DNA of 64,000 nucleotides from an uncultured Candidatus Saccharibacteria bacterium. GTDB taxonomy: Bacteria; Patescibacteriota; Minisyncoccia; Phycocordibacterales; UBA5272. Location: assembly GCA_964538815.1 (NCBI GenBank), contig CAZIHL010000001.1, positions 1,070 to 65,069 of the forward strand, in the 5' to 3' direction. The translations under genes were made by a program, and so were the position numbers. Each line of letters opens with the position of its first letter. Positions within the stretch are counted from its first letter, which is position 1. Below the pieces are notes generated by a model, which was not told the DNA's origin, did no database searches, and saw only the letters and a program-made list of their open reading frames with translations. Below, one piece after another: positions 36,862 to 46,672 of the stretch.

Positions 36862-38322
36862 ATGACATCTATTTTAGAATTAAAAGAAGAGAGATTAAAG
36901 AAGCTACAAAAGCTAAAGGAAAATGGATTTGACCCATTTACTGCAATCTCTGAAAAAACTTCATCTATAAAAAATTATTTAGAAAATTTTGACACTTTAG
37001 AAAAAGCAATACTTGCTGGAAGAATAATTTCTTCAAGAGGTCAGGGGAATTTAATTTTCTTTGATCTTTTTGACGGGTCAGACGAAACAAATGATTTAAG
37101 TAAAGTGCAAGCAATAATCAAAAATCCAGAGTCACCAGCTGAAGCTTTTCAGTTTTATAATGAATTTTTAGATATTGGAGACTTTGTGGAAGTAAGCGGT
37201 GAAAAGTTTTTAAGTAAAACAGGACAAAAAAGTATTTTAGTAAAAGAAATTAAAATTCTTACAAAGTCACTTCTTCCTCTTCCTGATAAATATCACGGTC
37301 TTCAAGATGAAGAATTAAAAATGAGATACAGATATCTTGATATTTTAACTGACGCAGAAAAGAGAGGACTCTTTTTCAAGAAAGCAAAATTTTGGAAAGT
37401 GGTCCGGGAATTTTTAAATAATAAAGGAATGCTTGAAGTTGAAACTCCGACTCTTGAAACTACAACTGGTGGCGCAGAAGCAAGACCTTTTAAAACCCAT
37501 CACAATGATTATGATATGGAGGTGTATATGCGTATTTGTGTGGGAGAGCTTTGGCAAAAGAGATTAATGGCAGCAGGATACAACGGCACATTTGAGATTG
37601 GTCGCGCTTATAGAAATGAAGGATCTTCCCCAGAGCATCTTCAAGAATTTACTAATTGCGAATTTTATATGCCATATGCTGACTATAAAGACGGAATGGA
37701 AATCGTAAAAGAGCTTTATAAAAAAATAGCGGTACAGGTATTTGGTAAAACAAAATTTGAAATGAAAGGATTTACTTTTGATTTGGAAGATGAGTGGGTA
37801 GAGATAGACTATGTAGAAGAAATTAAAAGGCAAACTGGAATAGACGCTTGGACTGCGAGTGATGAAGAGATTAAAAAGAAATTAGAAGACCTAAAAGTAA
37901 AATATGATGGAGATAATCGCGAAAGACTTCTTGATACACTTTGGAAGTATTGTAGAAAGAGTATTGCTGGTCCTGCCTTTCTAGTAAACCCTCCACTTAT
38001 TGTTGCACCACTCGCCAAAGCAAATCTTGACGGAAAAACTGCTCAGATGTTTCAGCCAATCTTAGCAGGAAGTGAGATCGGCCGCGGATATTCAGAATTA
38101 AATAATCCCATAGTCCAGAGAGAGAATTTTGAAGTTCAGAGTAAACTACTTGAAGGTGGGGATGAAGAAGCAATGATGCCTGATTATGACTTTGTTGAGA
38201 TGTTAGAGCATGGTATGCCTCCGACTTGTGGGTTTGGATTTGGAGATAGACTTTTTGCGTTCCTAGCTGGGCTTTCTCTACGCGAAACTATAATGTTTCC
38301 ACTGGTAAAGGAGAAGAAATAA
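36862..38322 (+). CDS. lysS: Lysyl-tRNA synthetase, class II. Start moved to the ATG at 36862 (MTSILELKEERL).
   Basis: Class II motifs FEIGRAYRNEG (motif 2) and GFGFGDRLF (motif 3), plus an OB-fold N-domain. Confidence 0.85.
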   Translation: MTSILELKEERLKKLQKLKENGFDPFTAISEKTSSIKNYLENFDTLEKAILAGRIISSRGQGNLIFFDLFDGSDETNDLSKVQAIIKNPESPAEAFQFYNEFLDIGDFVEVSGEKFLSKTGQKSILVKEIKILTKSLLPLPDKYHGLQDEELKMRYRYLDILTDAEKRGLFFKKAKFWKVVREFLNNKGMLEVETPTLETTTGGAEARPFKTHHNDYDMEVYMRICVGELWQKRLMAAGYNGTFEIGRAYRNEGSSPEHLQEFTNCEFYMPYADYKDGMEIVKELYKKIAVQVFGKTKFEMKGFTFDLEDEWVEIDYVEEIKRQTGIDAWTASDEEIKKKLEDLKVKYDGDNRERLLDTLWKYCRKSIAGPAFLVNPPLIVAPLAKANLDGKTAQMFQPILAGSEIGRGYSELNNPIVQRENFEVQSKLLEGGDEEAMMPDYDFVEMLEHGMPPTCGFGFGDRLFAFLAGLSLRETIMFPLVKEKK

Positions 38323-38402
38323 CGATTTTTATATATCTTAACCTTCTTAACACTATTTTTCCACAAGAGAAATAGTGTTTTTTGTTGTCCAAAAATATGA
38401 AG

Positions 38403-38413
38403 TGGTATATAAT
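38403..38413 (+). promoter_or_regulatory. Extended -10 promoter (TGgTATATAAT) for the mraZ-rsmH-ftsL-ftsI operon.
   Basis: TG at 38403-38404 and TATAAT at 38408-38413. The RBS AAAGGA at 38449-38454 is correctly spaced before the ATG at 38460. Confidence 0.5.
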
Positions 38414-38459
38414 GGGTAGAGGTGGGATATTGTGGGAGATATCAAACCAAAGGATTAAT

Positions 38460-38894
38460 ATGCTTATCGGCCATTACATACACGGACTTGATGATAAAAA
38501 AAGAATTTCTATTCCATCAAAATGGAGAAGTGTTCTTGGTAAAAAAGTTGTAGTAACAAGCGGTCTTGATAAGTCGCTCTTTGTATTCAGTTTAAAAGAA
38601 TGGCAAAAGATTGCTGAAAAGCTTTCATCTCTTTCATTTACCAATAAAGACACTCGTAGCTTTACTCGTTTTATGCTTTCAAATGCATTTGAGGCGGATC
38701 TTGATTCTGTGGGAAGAATTTTGATTACAGATACTTTAAAAGATTTTGCTAGTATAAATAAAAAAGCTGTGCTTGTGGGTATGCATTCAAGAGTTGAAAT
38801 TTGGAGTGAAGAAGAATGGGAGAAATATTCAAATGCAAATAATAAAAGTGCTGATGCTTTGGCTACAAAACTGTCTGATATAGGTATTTTATAG
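38460..38894 (+). CDS. mraZ: Transcriptional regulator MraZ. Start moved to the ATG at 38460, preceded by an AAAGGA RBS.
   Basis: MLIGHYIHGLDDKKRISIP contains the first DxxxR motif; the second repeat is FEADLDSVGRILI. Confidence 0.8.
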   Translation: MLIGHYIHGLDDKKRISIPSKWRSVLGKKVVVTSGLDKSLFVFSLKEWQKIAEKLSSLSFTNKDTRSFTRFMLSNAFEADLDSVGRILITDTLKDFASINKKAVLVGMHSRVEIWSEEEWEKYSNANNKSADALATKLSDIGIL

Positions 38895-38896
38895 TT

Positions 38897-39808
38897 ATGC
38901 ACGTTCCAATTTTACTCACAGAAAGTATTGATTCTTTAAATTTAAAAGAAGGTGATATTGCTGTGGATGCTACCACAAATAGAGCTGGACACTCTATAGA
39001 AATAGCAAAAAAGATTGGAAAAAGTGGCACTTTAATTTGTATTGATTTAGATAGTAAAGCTTTAAGTGAAGCTAAAATATTTTTAGAAGAAAATCTAAAG
39101 ACTACTTCTCCAAAGATTTTTTATATAAATGATAATTTTAGAAATATTAAAAATATTCTAGAAAGTTTAAATATAAAAAATATTGATGCTTTATTTGCGG
39201 ACCTCGGACTTTCCTCACAGGAAATAGATATTTCAGAACGCGGGTTCACTTTTCAAAAAGATGAACCACTACTTATGACTTTAAAAGATAATTTAGAAGA
39301 GGGTGATTTAACAGCCTCAAAAATTCTAAATTCTTGGGATGAAGAAAATATAGCAGACATTATTTACTATTATGGGGATGAAAGGTATGCCAAAAGAATA
39401 GCAAGGAATATTGTTTTAGAAAGAAAAAATAAAGAAATTAAAACTACATTTGATTTGGTGGATATAATTTCAAAATCTGTGCCAGAAGTCTATAAAAAAG
39501 GAAAGATTCATTTTGCTACAAAAACTTTTCAAGCCATTCGTATAGCTGTAAATGATGAGTTAAGAGCAGAAGAGGATTTATTAAAATCTCTTCCAGATAT
39601 TTTAAATATAAAAAGTAGAGCCAGTTTTTTAACTTTTCACTCTGGTGAGGACAGAATTTTAAAAAGAATCGTCAAAGAATATAAAGAGAATTTAAAACTT
39701 ATAAAAATAAATAATAATAAAGATTTCTTGGAGCCAAGTAGAGATGAAATAAAAAAGAATCCAAGAAGTAGAAGTAGCAAACTGCGAGTAATAGAAAAAA
39801 TAAATTAA
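38897..39808 (+). CDS. rsmH: 16S rRNA (cytosine1402-N4)-methyltransferase RsmH (MraW).
   Basis: HVPILLTESIDSL, DATTNRAGHS, FADLGLSS. dcw-cluster position. Confidence 0.85.
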   Translation: MHVPILLTESIDSLNLKEGDIAVDATTNRAGHSIEIAKKIGKSGTLICIDLDSKALSEAKIFLEENLKTTSPKIFYINDNFRNIKNILESLNIKNIDALFADLGLSSQEIDISERGFTFQKDEPLLMTLKDNLEEGDLTASKILNSWDEENIADIIYYYGDERYAKRIARNIVLERKNKEIKTTFDLVDIISKSVPEVYKKGKIHFATKTFQAIRIAVNDELRAEEDLLKSLPDILNIKSRASFLTFHSGEDRILKRIVKEYKENLKLIKINNNKDFLEPSRDEIKKNPRSRSSKLRVIEKIN

Positions 39809-39813
39809 TAATT

Positions 39814-40215
39814 ATGCAATTAAAAGCAGCAAAATTGAATAATGATAGACTAAATGGAAATAAACTTTTCATGCATAAGTTTAAGAGTTTTTCTACAACA
39901 AGTCTACGGACTTCTTTAAAAATACATATTATATACGCTTTAATTTTTATATTATTTGTTTTGATCTTGATTTATATATTGTCTGTAGTTTCAATAATTT
40001 TTAATATTATAAATAAAAAAGAAACTTTAGCATCTATTAATGATTTAAATATAAAATCTGCAAAAATTGAAAAAGATTATAATTTAGCAATAACAAATTT
40101 AAGCAAAAAATATGCCAATGAACATGGTTTTATAGATATAGAAATGAATGATTTTGCCATAAGAAAAGATACTGCCGCAAGCTTATCATTTTTGTATGAA
40201 AATAAATCTAAATAA
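39814..40215 (+). CDS. ftsL: FtsL-like small bitopic membrane protein (cell division).
   Basis: Single TM (IIYALIFILFVLILIYILSVVSII) followed by a coiled coil. It sits between rsmH and ftsI. Confidence 0.45.
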   Translation: MQLKAAKLNNDRLNGNKLFMHKFKSFSTTSLRTSLKIHIIYALIFILFVLILIYILSVVSIIFNIINKKETLASINDLNIKSAKIEKDYNLAITNLSKKYANEHGFIDIEMNDFAIRKDTAASLSFLYENKSK

Positions 40216-40234
40216 AGATGATTTTATTTAATTT

Positions 40235-42076
40235 ATGCAAGAAAAAAGAAAAATTCTAAATAAAAAAACTAACATTTTTATGGGTTTTGTTTTTATTGTT
40301 TTTATTGTATTTATTTTACAACTATTTAAGTTGCAAGTAGTAAAAGGGCAAAAATATAGAGAACTCGGGGATAATCAATACTTTAATGATATTGGTGAAA
40401 ATTTTAATAGAGGTGCTATATATTTTTCAAATAAATCAAATATAATCTCTCCAGCAGTAGAAATGTCAAATGAATATGATATAGCTATAGACCCTAAAAC
40501 TACATATAGAGAATTTCAAAAAAAAATAGATAATGATGGACAAGACATGGAGTATCTTAAAGATAATTTTTATAATAAAATACAAGATATTTTTATAAAA
40601 TGGGAAGAAAAAAATAAAGAACAAAATAATGCAACAGATACATACAAGTTTGTATCTAAAGAACTTTTTTTTGAAAAATTAAATGATAAAAATTCTTCTT
40701 ATGAAATTTTAATTAAAAATATACCTGAAAATATAGCAGAGGATTTAAAAGGTTTATCTTTTAAAGGGCTTATAATAAACAGAAAAAAAAGTCGTGTTTA
40801 TTTTGAAAAAGAAATAGCGGCTAAAATATTAGGCTTTGTTGGATTTAAAGATATAAAAAAAGTAGGACTTTACGGTATAGAAAAATATTATAATGACGTT
40901 TTAGAAAAAGAATCAATCTCAAATTCTAATTTTTTTGCTGAAATTTTTTCAGATTTTAATAAAAATGAAGATTCAGAGAATAAAATAAACGAATCAACAA
41001 AAAATGGTAATTTAGAAGGAGATATAACTTTGACTGTAGATATAAACGTGGAAAGATATTTAATGCAAATTTTACAAAAAACAAAAATTAAATGGAACTC
41101 TCAAAAAGTTGGAGGAATAGTTATGAATATTAATGATGGATCCATAATAGCCATGGATGAATTTCCCTCATTTGATCCAAACAATTATAAATACGTAGAT
41201 GATATTTCTATTTATAATAATGATTTAGTTTCTGGTGTATATGAAATGGGCTCAATTATAAAACCTCTTACAGTGGCAGCAGCACTTGACTCGGGTCTTG
41301 TAAATGAAAACACAACATATAATGACACAGGAACTGTAGTGTTAAATGGTTATAAAGTTTCTAATTTTGATAAAATGGCACGTGGTTCAAGTACGCCTTT
41401 ACAAGAAATTCTTTCTCAATCTTTAAATGTAGGTATTGCTTTTCTTGTGCAGAAAATGGGAGGAGATTTATTTAGTCAATATTTTCATCAATTTGGTATT
41501 GGTGAATATACCGGAGTAGATCTCCCTAATGAATCAGCTGGCTTAGTGTCAAATTTAGATTCTCATGTAATAGTAGATTCTGTGACCGCTGGATTTGGTC
41601 AAGGTATAGCACTCACACCAATTCAAACAATAAGAGCTTTAGCTATTTTAGGTAATGGTGGTAAATTAGTTACTCCTCATGTAGTTAAAAGTATTCTTTA
41701 TAGTAACGGAGAAGAGAAAATTATTGCCACAGATAAAACTGAATCTATTTTTTCAAATGCTTCTACAAGTGAAAGGATTAGTAAAATTTTAATTAAAGTT
41801 GTAGATAATGCTATGCATATGAAAAATAATAAATACACAGTAGCAGCTAAGACAGGAACTGCACAAATGGTAAATCCAAATACAGGCAAATACTATGAAG
41901 ATAGATATTTACATTCTTTTTTTGGATATTTTCCAGCGACAAAACCAAAGTACATAATTTTTCTTTATCAAGTATACCCACAAGGTGCACAATATGCTTC
42001 ACAAACTTTAAAAGATTCTTTTTTTGATTTGGTTAATTATCTAATTAAATATTACGAAATTCAGCCAGATAGATAA
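40235..42076 (+). CDS. ftsI: FtsI/PBP3-like class B transpeptidase.
   Basis: N-terminal TM, SIIKP (SxxK), SQS (SxN), KTGTA (KTG). Context after ftsL. Confidence 0.75.
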   Translation: MQEKRKILNKKTNIFMGFVFIVFIVFILQLFKLQVVKGQKYRELGDNQYFNDIGENFNRGAIYFSNKSNIISPAVEMSNEYDIAIDPKTTYREFQKKIDNDGQDMEYLKDNFYNKIQDIFIKWEEKNKEQNNATDTYKFVSKELFFEKLNDKNSSYEILIKNIPENIAEDLKGLSFKGLIINRKKSRVYFEKEIAAKILGFVGFKDIKKVGLYGIEKYYNDVLEKESISNSNFFAEIFSDFNKNEDSENKINESTKNGNLEGDITLTVDINVERYLMQILQKTKIKWNSQKVGGIVMNINDGSIIAMDEFPSFDPNNYKYVDDISIYNNDLVSGVYEMGSIIKPLTVAAALDSGLVNENTTYNDTGTVVLNGYKVSNFDKMARGSSTPLQEILSQSLNVGIAFLVQKMGGDLFSQYFHQFGIGEYTGVDLPNESAGLVSNLDSHVIVDSVTAGFGQGIALTPIQTIRALAILGNGGKLVTPHVVKSILYSNGEEKIIATDKTESIFSNASTSERISKILIKVVDNAMHMKNNKYTVAAKTGTAQMVNPNTGKYYEDRYLHSFFGYFPATKPKYIIFLYQVYPQGAQYASQTLKDSFFDLVNYLIKYYEIQPDR

Positions 42077-42139
42077 GTGTTTTTTGATATAACTTCTTTT
42101 ATGTTATAATTATTTATATAGATAATTTATAAATAAAAT

Positions 42140-42862
42140 ATGTCAAATGTTGTAACTCATTCTAATAATGAGAAGAAAAAGAAAGGTGGGGCTGTGACTG
42201 TAATAGTTACTTTATTAATTATAGTTTTAGCACTTTTTGGACTCAATTATATATTAAATAAAAGTAATAAAAATAATTCAGAAGTTGTACAAAAAGTTAT
42301 TGATAGCTCTTATACAATGGGTAGTGAAAATGCTTCTATAAAATTAGTAGAGTATTCTGATTTTCAATGTCCTGCATGTAAAACTTTTTCTTTAGTATTC
42401 CCAAAAGTTTATTCGTATATAAATGATAAGTATGGTCCAAACACTTTATCATTAACTTATAAATATTTTCCTTTGATTTCTATTCATAGAAATGCGCTAC
42501 TCGCAGCACAATCAGCAGAAGCGGCTAGACTTCAAGGTAAATTTTGGGAGCTTGAAAAAATACTTTTTGAAAATCAAGATGAATGGGGGTCAACTCTTGA
42601 TGCAAAAAGCCAGATCGAAGGATATGTTAGAGACATGGGAATAGATATGGCTAAATTTATTCAAGATAGAGATAGCCAAAATGTTATAGATGTTGTAAAC
42701 GCTAGTCTTGCAGAAGCTACAAAACTTAAACTCAACCATACTCCTACGGTATTTATGAACGGTGTAGAAATGGTAGATTTAGAACTTACTTCTGACTATA
42801 TTAAAAAGGTGATAGAAGATAAATTAACAGAACTTGGAATACAACCTCTTTCAGCAAATTAA
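42140..42862 (+). CDS. DsbA-like thiol:disulfide oxidoreductase with an N-terminal TM anchor.
   Basis: CPACKTF (CxxC) in a thioredoxin-fold context, and a cis-Pro region (HTPTVFMNG). Confidence 0.7.
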   Translation: MSNVVTHSNNEKKKKGGAVTVIVTLLIIVLALFGLNYILNKSNKNNSEVVQKVIDSSYTMGSENASIKLVEYSDFQCPACKTFSLVFPKVYSYINDKYGPNTLSLTYKYFPLISIHRNALLAAQSAEAARLQGKFWELEKILFENQDEWGSTLDAKSQIEGYVRDMGIDMAKFIQDRDSQNVIDVVNASLAEATKLKLNHTPTVFMNGVEMVDLELTSDYIKKVIEDKLTELGIQPLSAN

Positions 42863-42937
42863 TTTAAATACAAATAGTTTTTGTCAATTAGTAAAAATTA
42901 ACAAAATCTATTTTTATTTTGTATAATTATAAAAAAT

Positions 42938-43195
42938 ATGGGAATAAAACAATTTTTTACAAAACAAGCAGCAAAATATGCTACAAGGAATTTACCAGAC
43001 GATCAAAAAGAAATGATTAATGCTCTTGTAGGACAAGATCCACAACTTTTTGAAAAAATAGCAAAAGAGACTCAAGAATTAATCAAAAGTGGTAAACCAG
43101 AAATGTATGCAAGCTTTGAAATAATGAAAAAGTATCAAAAAGAACTTCAAGAGGTAGCAGCGAAAGCTGGGATACAAAAAGAAGTACAAAGATAA
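42938..43195 (+). CDS. Small hypothetical protein (85 aa).
   Basis: ORF followed by a very strong terminator. TtGTATAAT -10 at about 42918-42926. Confidence 0.35.
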   Translation: MGIKQFFTKQAAKYATRNLPDDQKEMINALVGQDPQLFEKIAKETQELIKSGKPEMYASFEIMKKYQKELQEVAAKAGIQKEVQR

Positions 43196-43203
43196 ATTTT
43201 AAA

Positions 43204-43245
43204 ATAATTAGAGTGGCGCGAAGCGCCGCTCTAATTATTTTTCCC
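43204..43245 (+). terminator. Strong intrinsic terminator (stem of at least 16 bp with a GC core, GAA loop).
   Basis: taattagagtggcgcg aa gcgccgctctaatta followed by ttttt. Confidence 0.8.
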
Positions 43246-43285
43246 TTTATTTTAATTCTAAAATTTGTTATCATTATTAAAATTT

Positions 43286-44401
43286 ATGTCTTTAAGTATC
43301 GGTATTGTAGGACTTCCAAATGTTGGAAAATCAACTTTATTTAATGCTCTCACAAAAAATTGTGTGCCTGCTGAGAATTATCCATTTTGTACTATTGATC
43401 CATCTGTAGGTATTGTAGAAGTTAACGACGAGAGATTATATGCTCTATCAAAAATGAGTAATAGTAAAAAAACTATTCCAGCTGTAGTAGAATTTGTAGA
43501 TATTGCAGGACTTGTAAAAGGAGCATCGGAAGGAGCGGGACTCGGAAATAAATTTTTACAACATATACGTGATACTGATGCAATACTTGAAGTTGTTAGA
43601 ATATTTGAAGATTCTAAACAAATCCACGTTGAAAATAGGATTGATCCACTACTAGATATTCAGATTATCAATTTAGAATTAATTTTGGCAGATATTGCAA
43701 CAGTAAACAAAAGACTTGAAGCGATAGAAAGAGATGTAAAAAAGGGGGACAAGGTAGCTATTAAATTTAAAGAAGCAATGCTAAAGATAAAAGCGTGTCT
43801 TGAAGATGATAGACTTGCAAATAGATTAATTGCTGAAAATAAATTAGATGAAGAAGAAATAAAATTAGTAAAAGAGCTTCATCTCATAACAATGAAGCCA
43901 ATACTTTATGCATTAAATAAAAAATCCGGAGCTACGAATTTAGACGAAACAAACGATAAAAGATTCGTCGAACTTATGAGTTATTTCAAGGAAAATAATT
44001 TTAACTACTGTACTATAGACGCAAAAGTTGAAGATGACTTAAAAGAGTTTGAAGGAGAAGAAAAAGAATTAATGAGAACTGAACTTGCTGGTGGAGTGAC
44101 AGACGACGGAATAAAAGAATTAATTAAAGAAAGCTATAAAATGCTTGGACTCGAAACATATTTCACAACAGGAGAAGACGAAACTCGTGGGTGGACTTTT
44201 AAAAAAGATAGTATTGCACCAGTTGCAGCAGCAGCAATTCATACAGATTTTCAAAATAAATTTATCCGTGCAGAAGTAGTCGCAGCTAAAGATTTATTAG
44301 ATTCTGGAAGTTATAAAGTAGCTCGAGAGAAGGGACTAGTACGAACAGAAGGGAAAGAATATATAGTGAAAGATGGGGACGTGGTAGAGTTTAGAATATA
44401 A
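43286..44401 (+). CDS. ychF: Ribosome-binding ATPase YchF (Obg-family GTPase). Start at the ATG at 43286.
   Basis: MSLSIGIVGLPNVGKSTLFNALT (G1), DIAGLVKGAS, NKK, and a TGS C-terminal domain. Confidence 0.85.
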   Translation: MSLSIGIVGLPNVGKSTLFNALTKNCVPAENYPFCTIDPSVGIVEVNDERLYALSKMSNSKKTIPAVVEFVDIAGLVKGASEGAGLGNKFLQHIRDTDAILEVVRIFEDSKQIHVENRIDPLLDIQIINLELILADIATVNKRLEAIERDVKKGDKVAIKFKEAMLKIKACLEDDRLANRLIAENKLDEEEIKLVKELHLITMKPILYALNKKSGATNLDETNDKRFVELMSYFKENNFNYCTIDAKVEDDLKEFEGEEKELMRTELAGGVTDDGIKELIKESYKMLGLETYFTTGEDETRGWTFKKDSIAPVAAAAIHTDFQNKFIRAEVVAAKDLLDSGSYKVAREKGLVRTEGKEYIVKDGDVVEFRI

Positions 44402-44465
44402 AGCAATATTTGATTTATTCTCTAATTTGTGATAATATTTGATAAATAGAAAAACTAAGAAATTT

Positions 44466-44696
44466 ATGAAAAAAGACATTCATGGAGAATATTTTGCGGA
44501 TGCGGTAGCAACTTGTGCTTGTGGAGCTAAATATGTTGTTGGTTCAACTGTAAAAGAATTTGAAGTTGAAATCTGCAGCGCTTGCCACCCATTCTACACA
44601 GGACAAGAGAAAGTTTTGGACACAGCAGGAAGAGTGGACAGATTTAAGAAAAAGGTTGCAGCGGCAACAGCTAAAAAAGCTACAAAGAAAGCTTAA
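44466..44696 (+). CDS. rpmE: 50S ribosomal protein L31, zinc-binding type. Start at the ATG at 44466.
   Basis: MKKDIHGEY...CACGAK...CSACHPFYTG. Confidence 0.8.
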   Translation: MKKDIHGEYFADAVATCACGAKYVVGSTVKEFEVEICSACHPFYTGQEKVLDTAGRVDRFKKKVAAATAKKATKKA

Positions 44697-44765
44697 CTAT
44701 TTGAAATAAAAACATTCTCGACTTTTGAGAGTGTTTTTATTTTGCAAATATAATATAATAAAGCC

Positions 44766-45740
44766 ATGACATATACGGATGAAGATTTTAAAAATAACGA
44801 TAAGACAAAATATACTTATCCAGCATACGAAGACCTCTTAAAAAAAGAAGAAGAGGCGAGTTCACTTTTGTCTGATCCTGAAATGAAAGATATTGCAGAA
44901 GAAGAATTAAAAAGTATTAATACGCAAAAAGAAAATCTTTGGAAAGAAATGAGTGAAATTTTAGATAAGGATAAAGAGGAAGAAGAAAAACCAAAAGCAA
45001 TGATTTTAGAAATAGCAGCTGGAGCAGGAGGAGATGAATCATCTCTCTTTGCAGCTGAGCTTGCAAATATGTATCAAAATTTTGCACTTAAAAATAGATG
45101 CTCTTTCGAAAAGCTTGATGAGTCTGTGTCAGATGTTGGTGGATATAAAGATGTATCTTTTGAAATAAAAGGTCAGAAAGCTTGGGATTTATTTAAATTT
45201 GAAATGGGGGTACATCGTGTTCAACGTGTACCAGATACTGAAAAAAATGGAAGAGTGCACACTTCAACCGTAACCGTTGCTGTAATGCCAATCAGAAAAA
45301 TAAAAAAGATTACTATCAATCCAGTGGATATTGAAATGGAGACTTCTCGCTCAGGTGGTGCGGGAGGTCAGAATGTAAATAAAGTAGAAACTGCAGTGAG
45401 ACTTATTCATAAGCCTACTGGTATTGCTGTAAAATGTACAGTCGAGAGAAGTCAATTAAAAAATAGAGAAAGAGCAATGGAAATGCTACAAGCAAGACTT
45501 GATCAAATGGAAGAAGAAAAATTTAAGTCTGAAGGAGTGGAGACAAAAAGAGAACAAGTTGGTACTGGAGACAGAAGTGAAAAGATTAGAACATATAATT
45601 TTCCACAAGATAGAATTACTGATCATAGAATTAGAGAATCTTGGCATGGAATACCAAAAATAATGAGTGGAGAAATGGGACAAATTGTAGATGCTTTAAC
45701 AAATTTCAAAGGGGAATTTGGAAGTGAGGATGAAGAGTAA
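44766..45740 (+). CDS. prfA: Peptide chain release factor, RF1-like.
   Basis: GGQ motif in [25 protein letters not shown], and [22 protein letters not shown] at the PxT-equivalent position of RF1. No RF2-type frameshift site. Confidence 0.7.
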   Translation: MTYTDEDFKNNDKTKYTYPAYEDLLKKEEEASSLLSDPEMKDIAEEELKSINTQKENLWKEMSEILDKDKEEEEKPKAMILEIAAGAGGDESSLFAAELANMYQNFALKNRCSFEKLDESVSDVGGYKDVSFEIKGQKAWDLFKFEMGVHRVQRVPDTEKNGRVHTSTVTVAVMPIRKIKKITINPVDIEMETSRSGGAGGQNVNKVETAVRLIHKPTGIAVKCTVERSQLKNRERAMEMLQARLDQMEEEKFKSEGVETKREQVGTGDRSEKIRTYNFPQDRITDHRIRESWHGIPKIMSGEMGQIVDALTNFKGEFGSEDEE

Positions 45741-45804
45741 TATCATTTTAAATGAAATCAGAAACTTAAATGTTAAGTTTTGGTTTTTTTGTTTTTTTAA
45801 CATT

Positions 45805-45813
45805 TGATATAAT
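45805..45813 (+). promoter_or_regulatory. Extended -10 promoter TGaTATAAT ending 8 nt before the response-regulator ATG, implying a leaderless or near-leaderless mRNA.
   Basis: TG at 45805-45806, TATAAT at 45808-45813, ATG at 45821. Confidence 0.45.
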
Positions 45814-45820
45814 TTTATAT

Positions 45821-46567
45821 ATGAAAATATTAGTTGTAGAAGACAATGTAAAATTAAATGAAGGTATTAAACTTTATTTAGAAGAAGAAGGATTTGAAGT
45901 TGATACAGCTTTTAATGGTGTTCAAGCTGTATCACGGGCTAAAGATTTACAAAAGGAAGGTACTGAATATGATGTAATAATTTTAGATAGAATGATGCCT
46001 ATGAAAGATGGCATTGAGACCCTCCGCGAAATAAAAAGTATGGGTGTTGAAAGTGGTGTTATAATTTTGACTGCCAAAGACACAATAGATGATAAAGTTT
46101 TTGGTCTTGCAGCAGGAGCTGACGATTATATGGTGAAGCCATTTAATGTAAAAGAATTAACAGCACGTATTCATTCACTCTATAGAAGAGATTTACAAAG
46201 AAGAAATCCAGTTAAAAGTATTGATAATATAAACACTCAAAAAGAAGTAGTACACAGAAATAAAGATTTAGATTTTGTGTTAAATCTAAATACTGGAGAA
46301 GTGCTTATAAATCGTGATAAAGATGACGAAAAAGTCATTTTTCTTACAAATAAGGAAGCAAATATTTTTAAAGTCTTAATCGAGGCTGATGGGTCTGTAG
46401 TAAGTAAGGAAAAAATCTTAGAAAAAATTTGGAAAGAATCTGAAGCACCAAGCAGTCGTTTTGTAGATGTGCATGTGCATAACTTACGTAATAAGCTTGC
46501 CAAAGATAATTTTTCAGGTAGAATAGAAACTATAAGGAACGCGGGATACAAATTAGTTTTTGATTAA
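45821..46567 (+). CDS. OmpR-family response regulator. Start at the ATG at 45821.
   Basis: Receiver domain (KILVVEDN, DVIILDRMMP, ILTAKD) and a winged-helix C-terminus (VDVHVHNLRNKL...GYKL). Confidence 0.8.
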   Translation: MKILVVEDNVKLNEGIKLYLEEEGFEVDTAFNGVQAVSRAKDLQKEGTEYDVIILDRMMPMKDGIETLREIKSMGVESGVIILTAKDTIDDKVFGLAAGADDYMVKPFNVKELTARIHSLYRRDLQRRNPVKSIDNINTQKEVVHRNKDLDFVLNLNTGEVLINRDKDDEKVIFLTNKEANIFKVLIEADGSVVSKEKILEKIWKESEAPSSRFVDVHVHNLRNKLAKDNFSGRIETIRNAGYKLVFD

Positions 46568-46571
46568 TATT

Positions 46572-46660
46572 AAAATTTTCCTGAAAATAATCTATGAAGC
46601 TTCGGCGTAGGGTCTCTCTGGGGTAAAGACGAGCCGAGGAGATTAGTTTTTAGGAAAATT
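46572..46660 (+). other. An imperfect hairpin of about 90 nt that fills the response-regulator/histidine-kinase intergenic gap. It may be an attenuator, an RNA-processing site or a regulatory RNA.
   Basis: 14-bp outer stem (aattttcctgaaaa at 46574-46587 with ttttaggaaaatt at 46647-46660). Inner stems taatc/gatta and cttcggc/gccgagg. The GC-rich core is unusual in this AT-rich genome. Confidence 0.35.
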
Positions 46661-46672
46661 ATAAAAAGAAAA

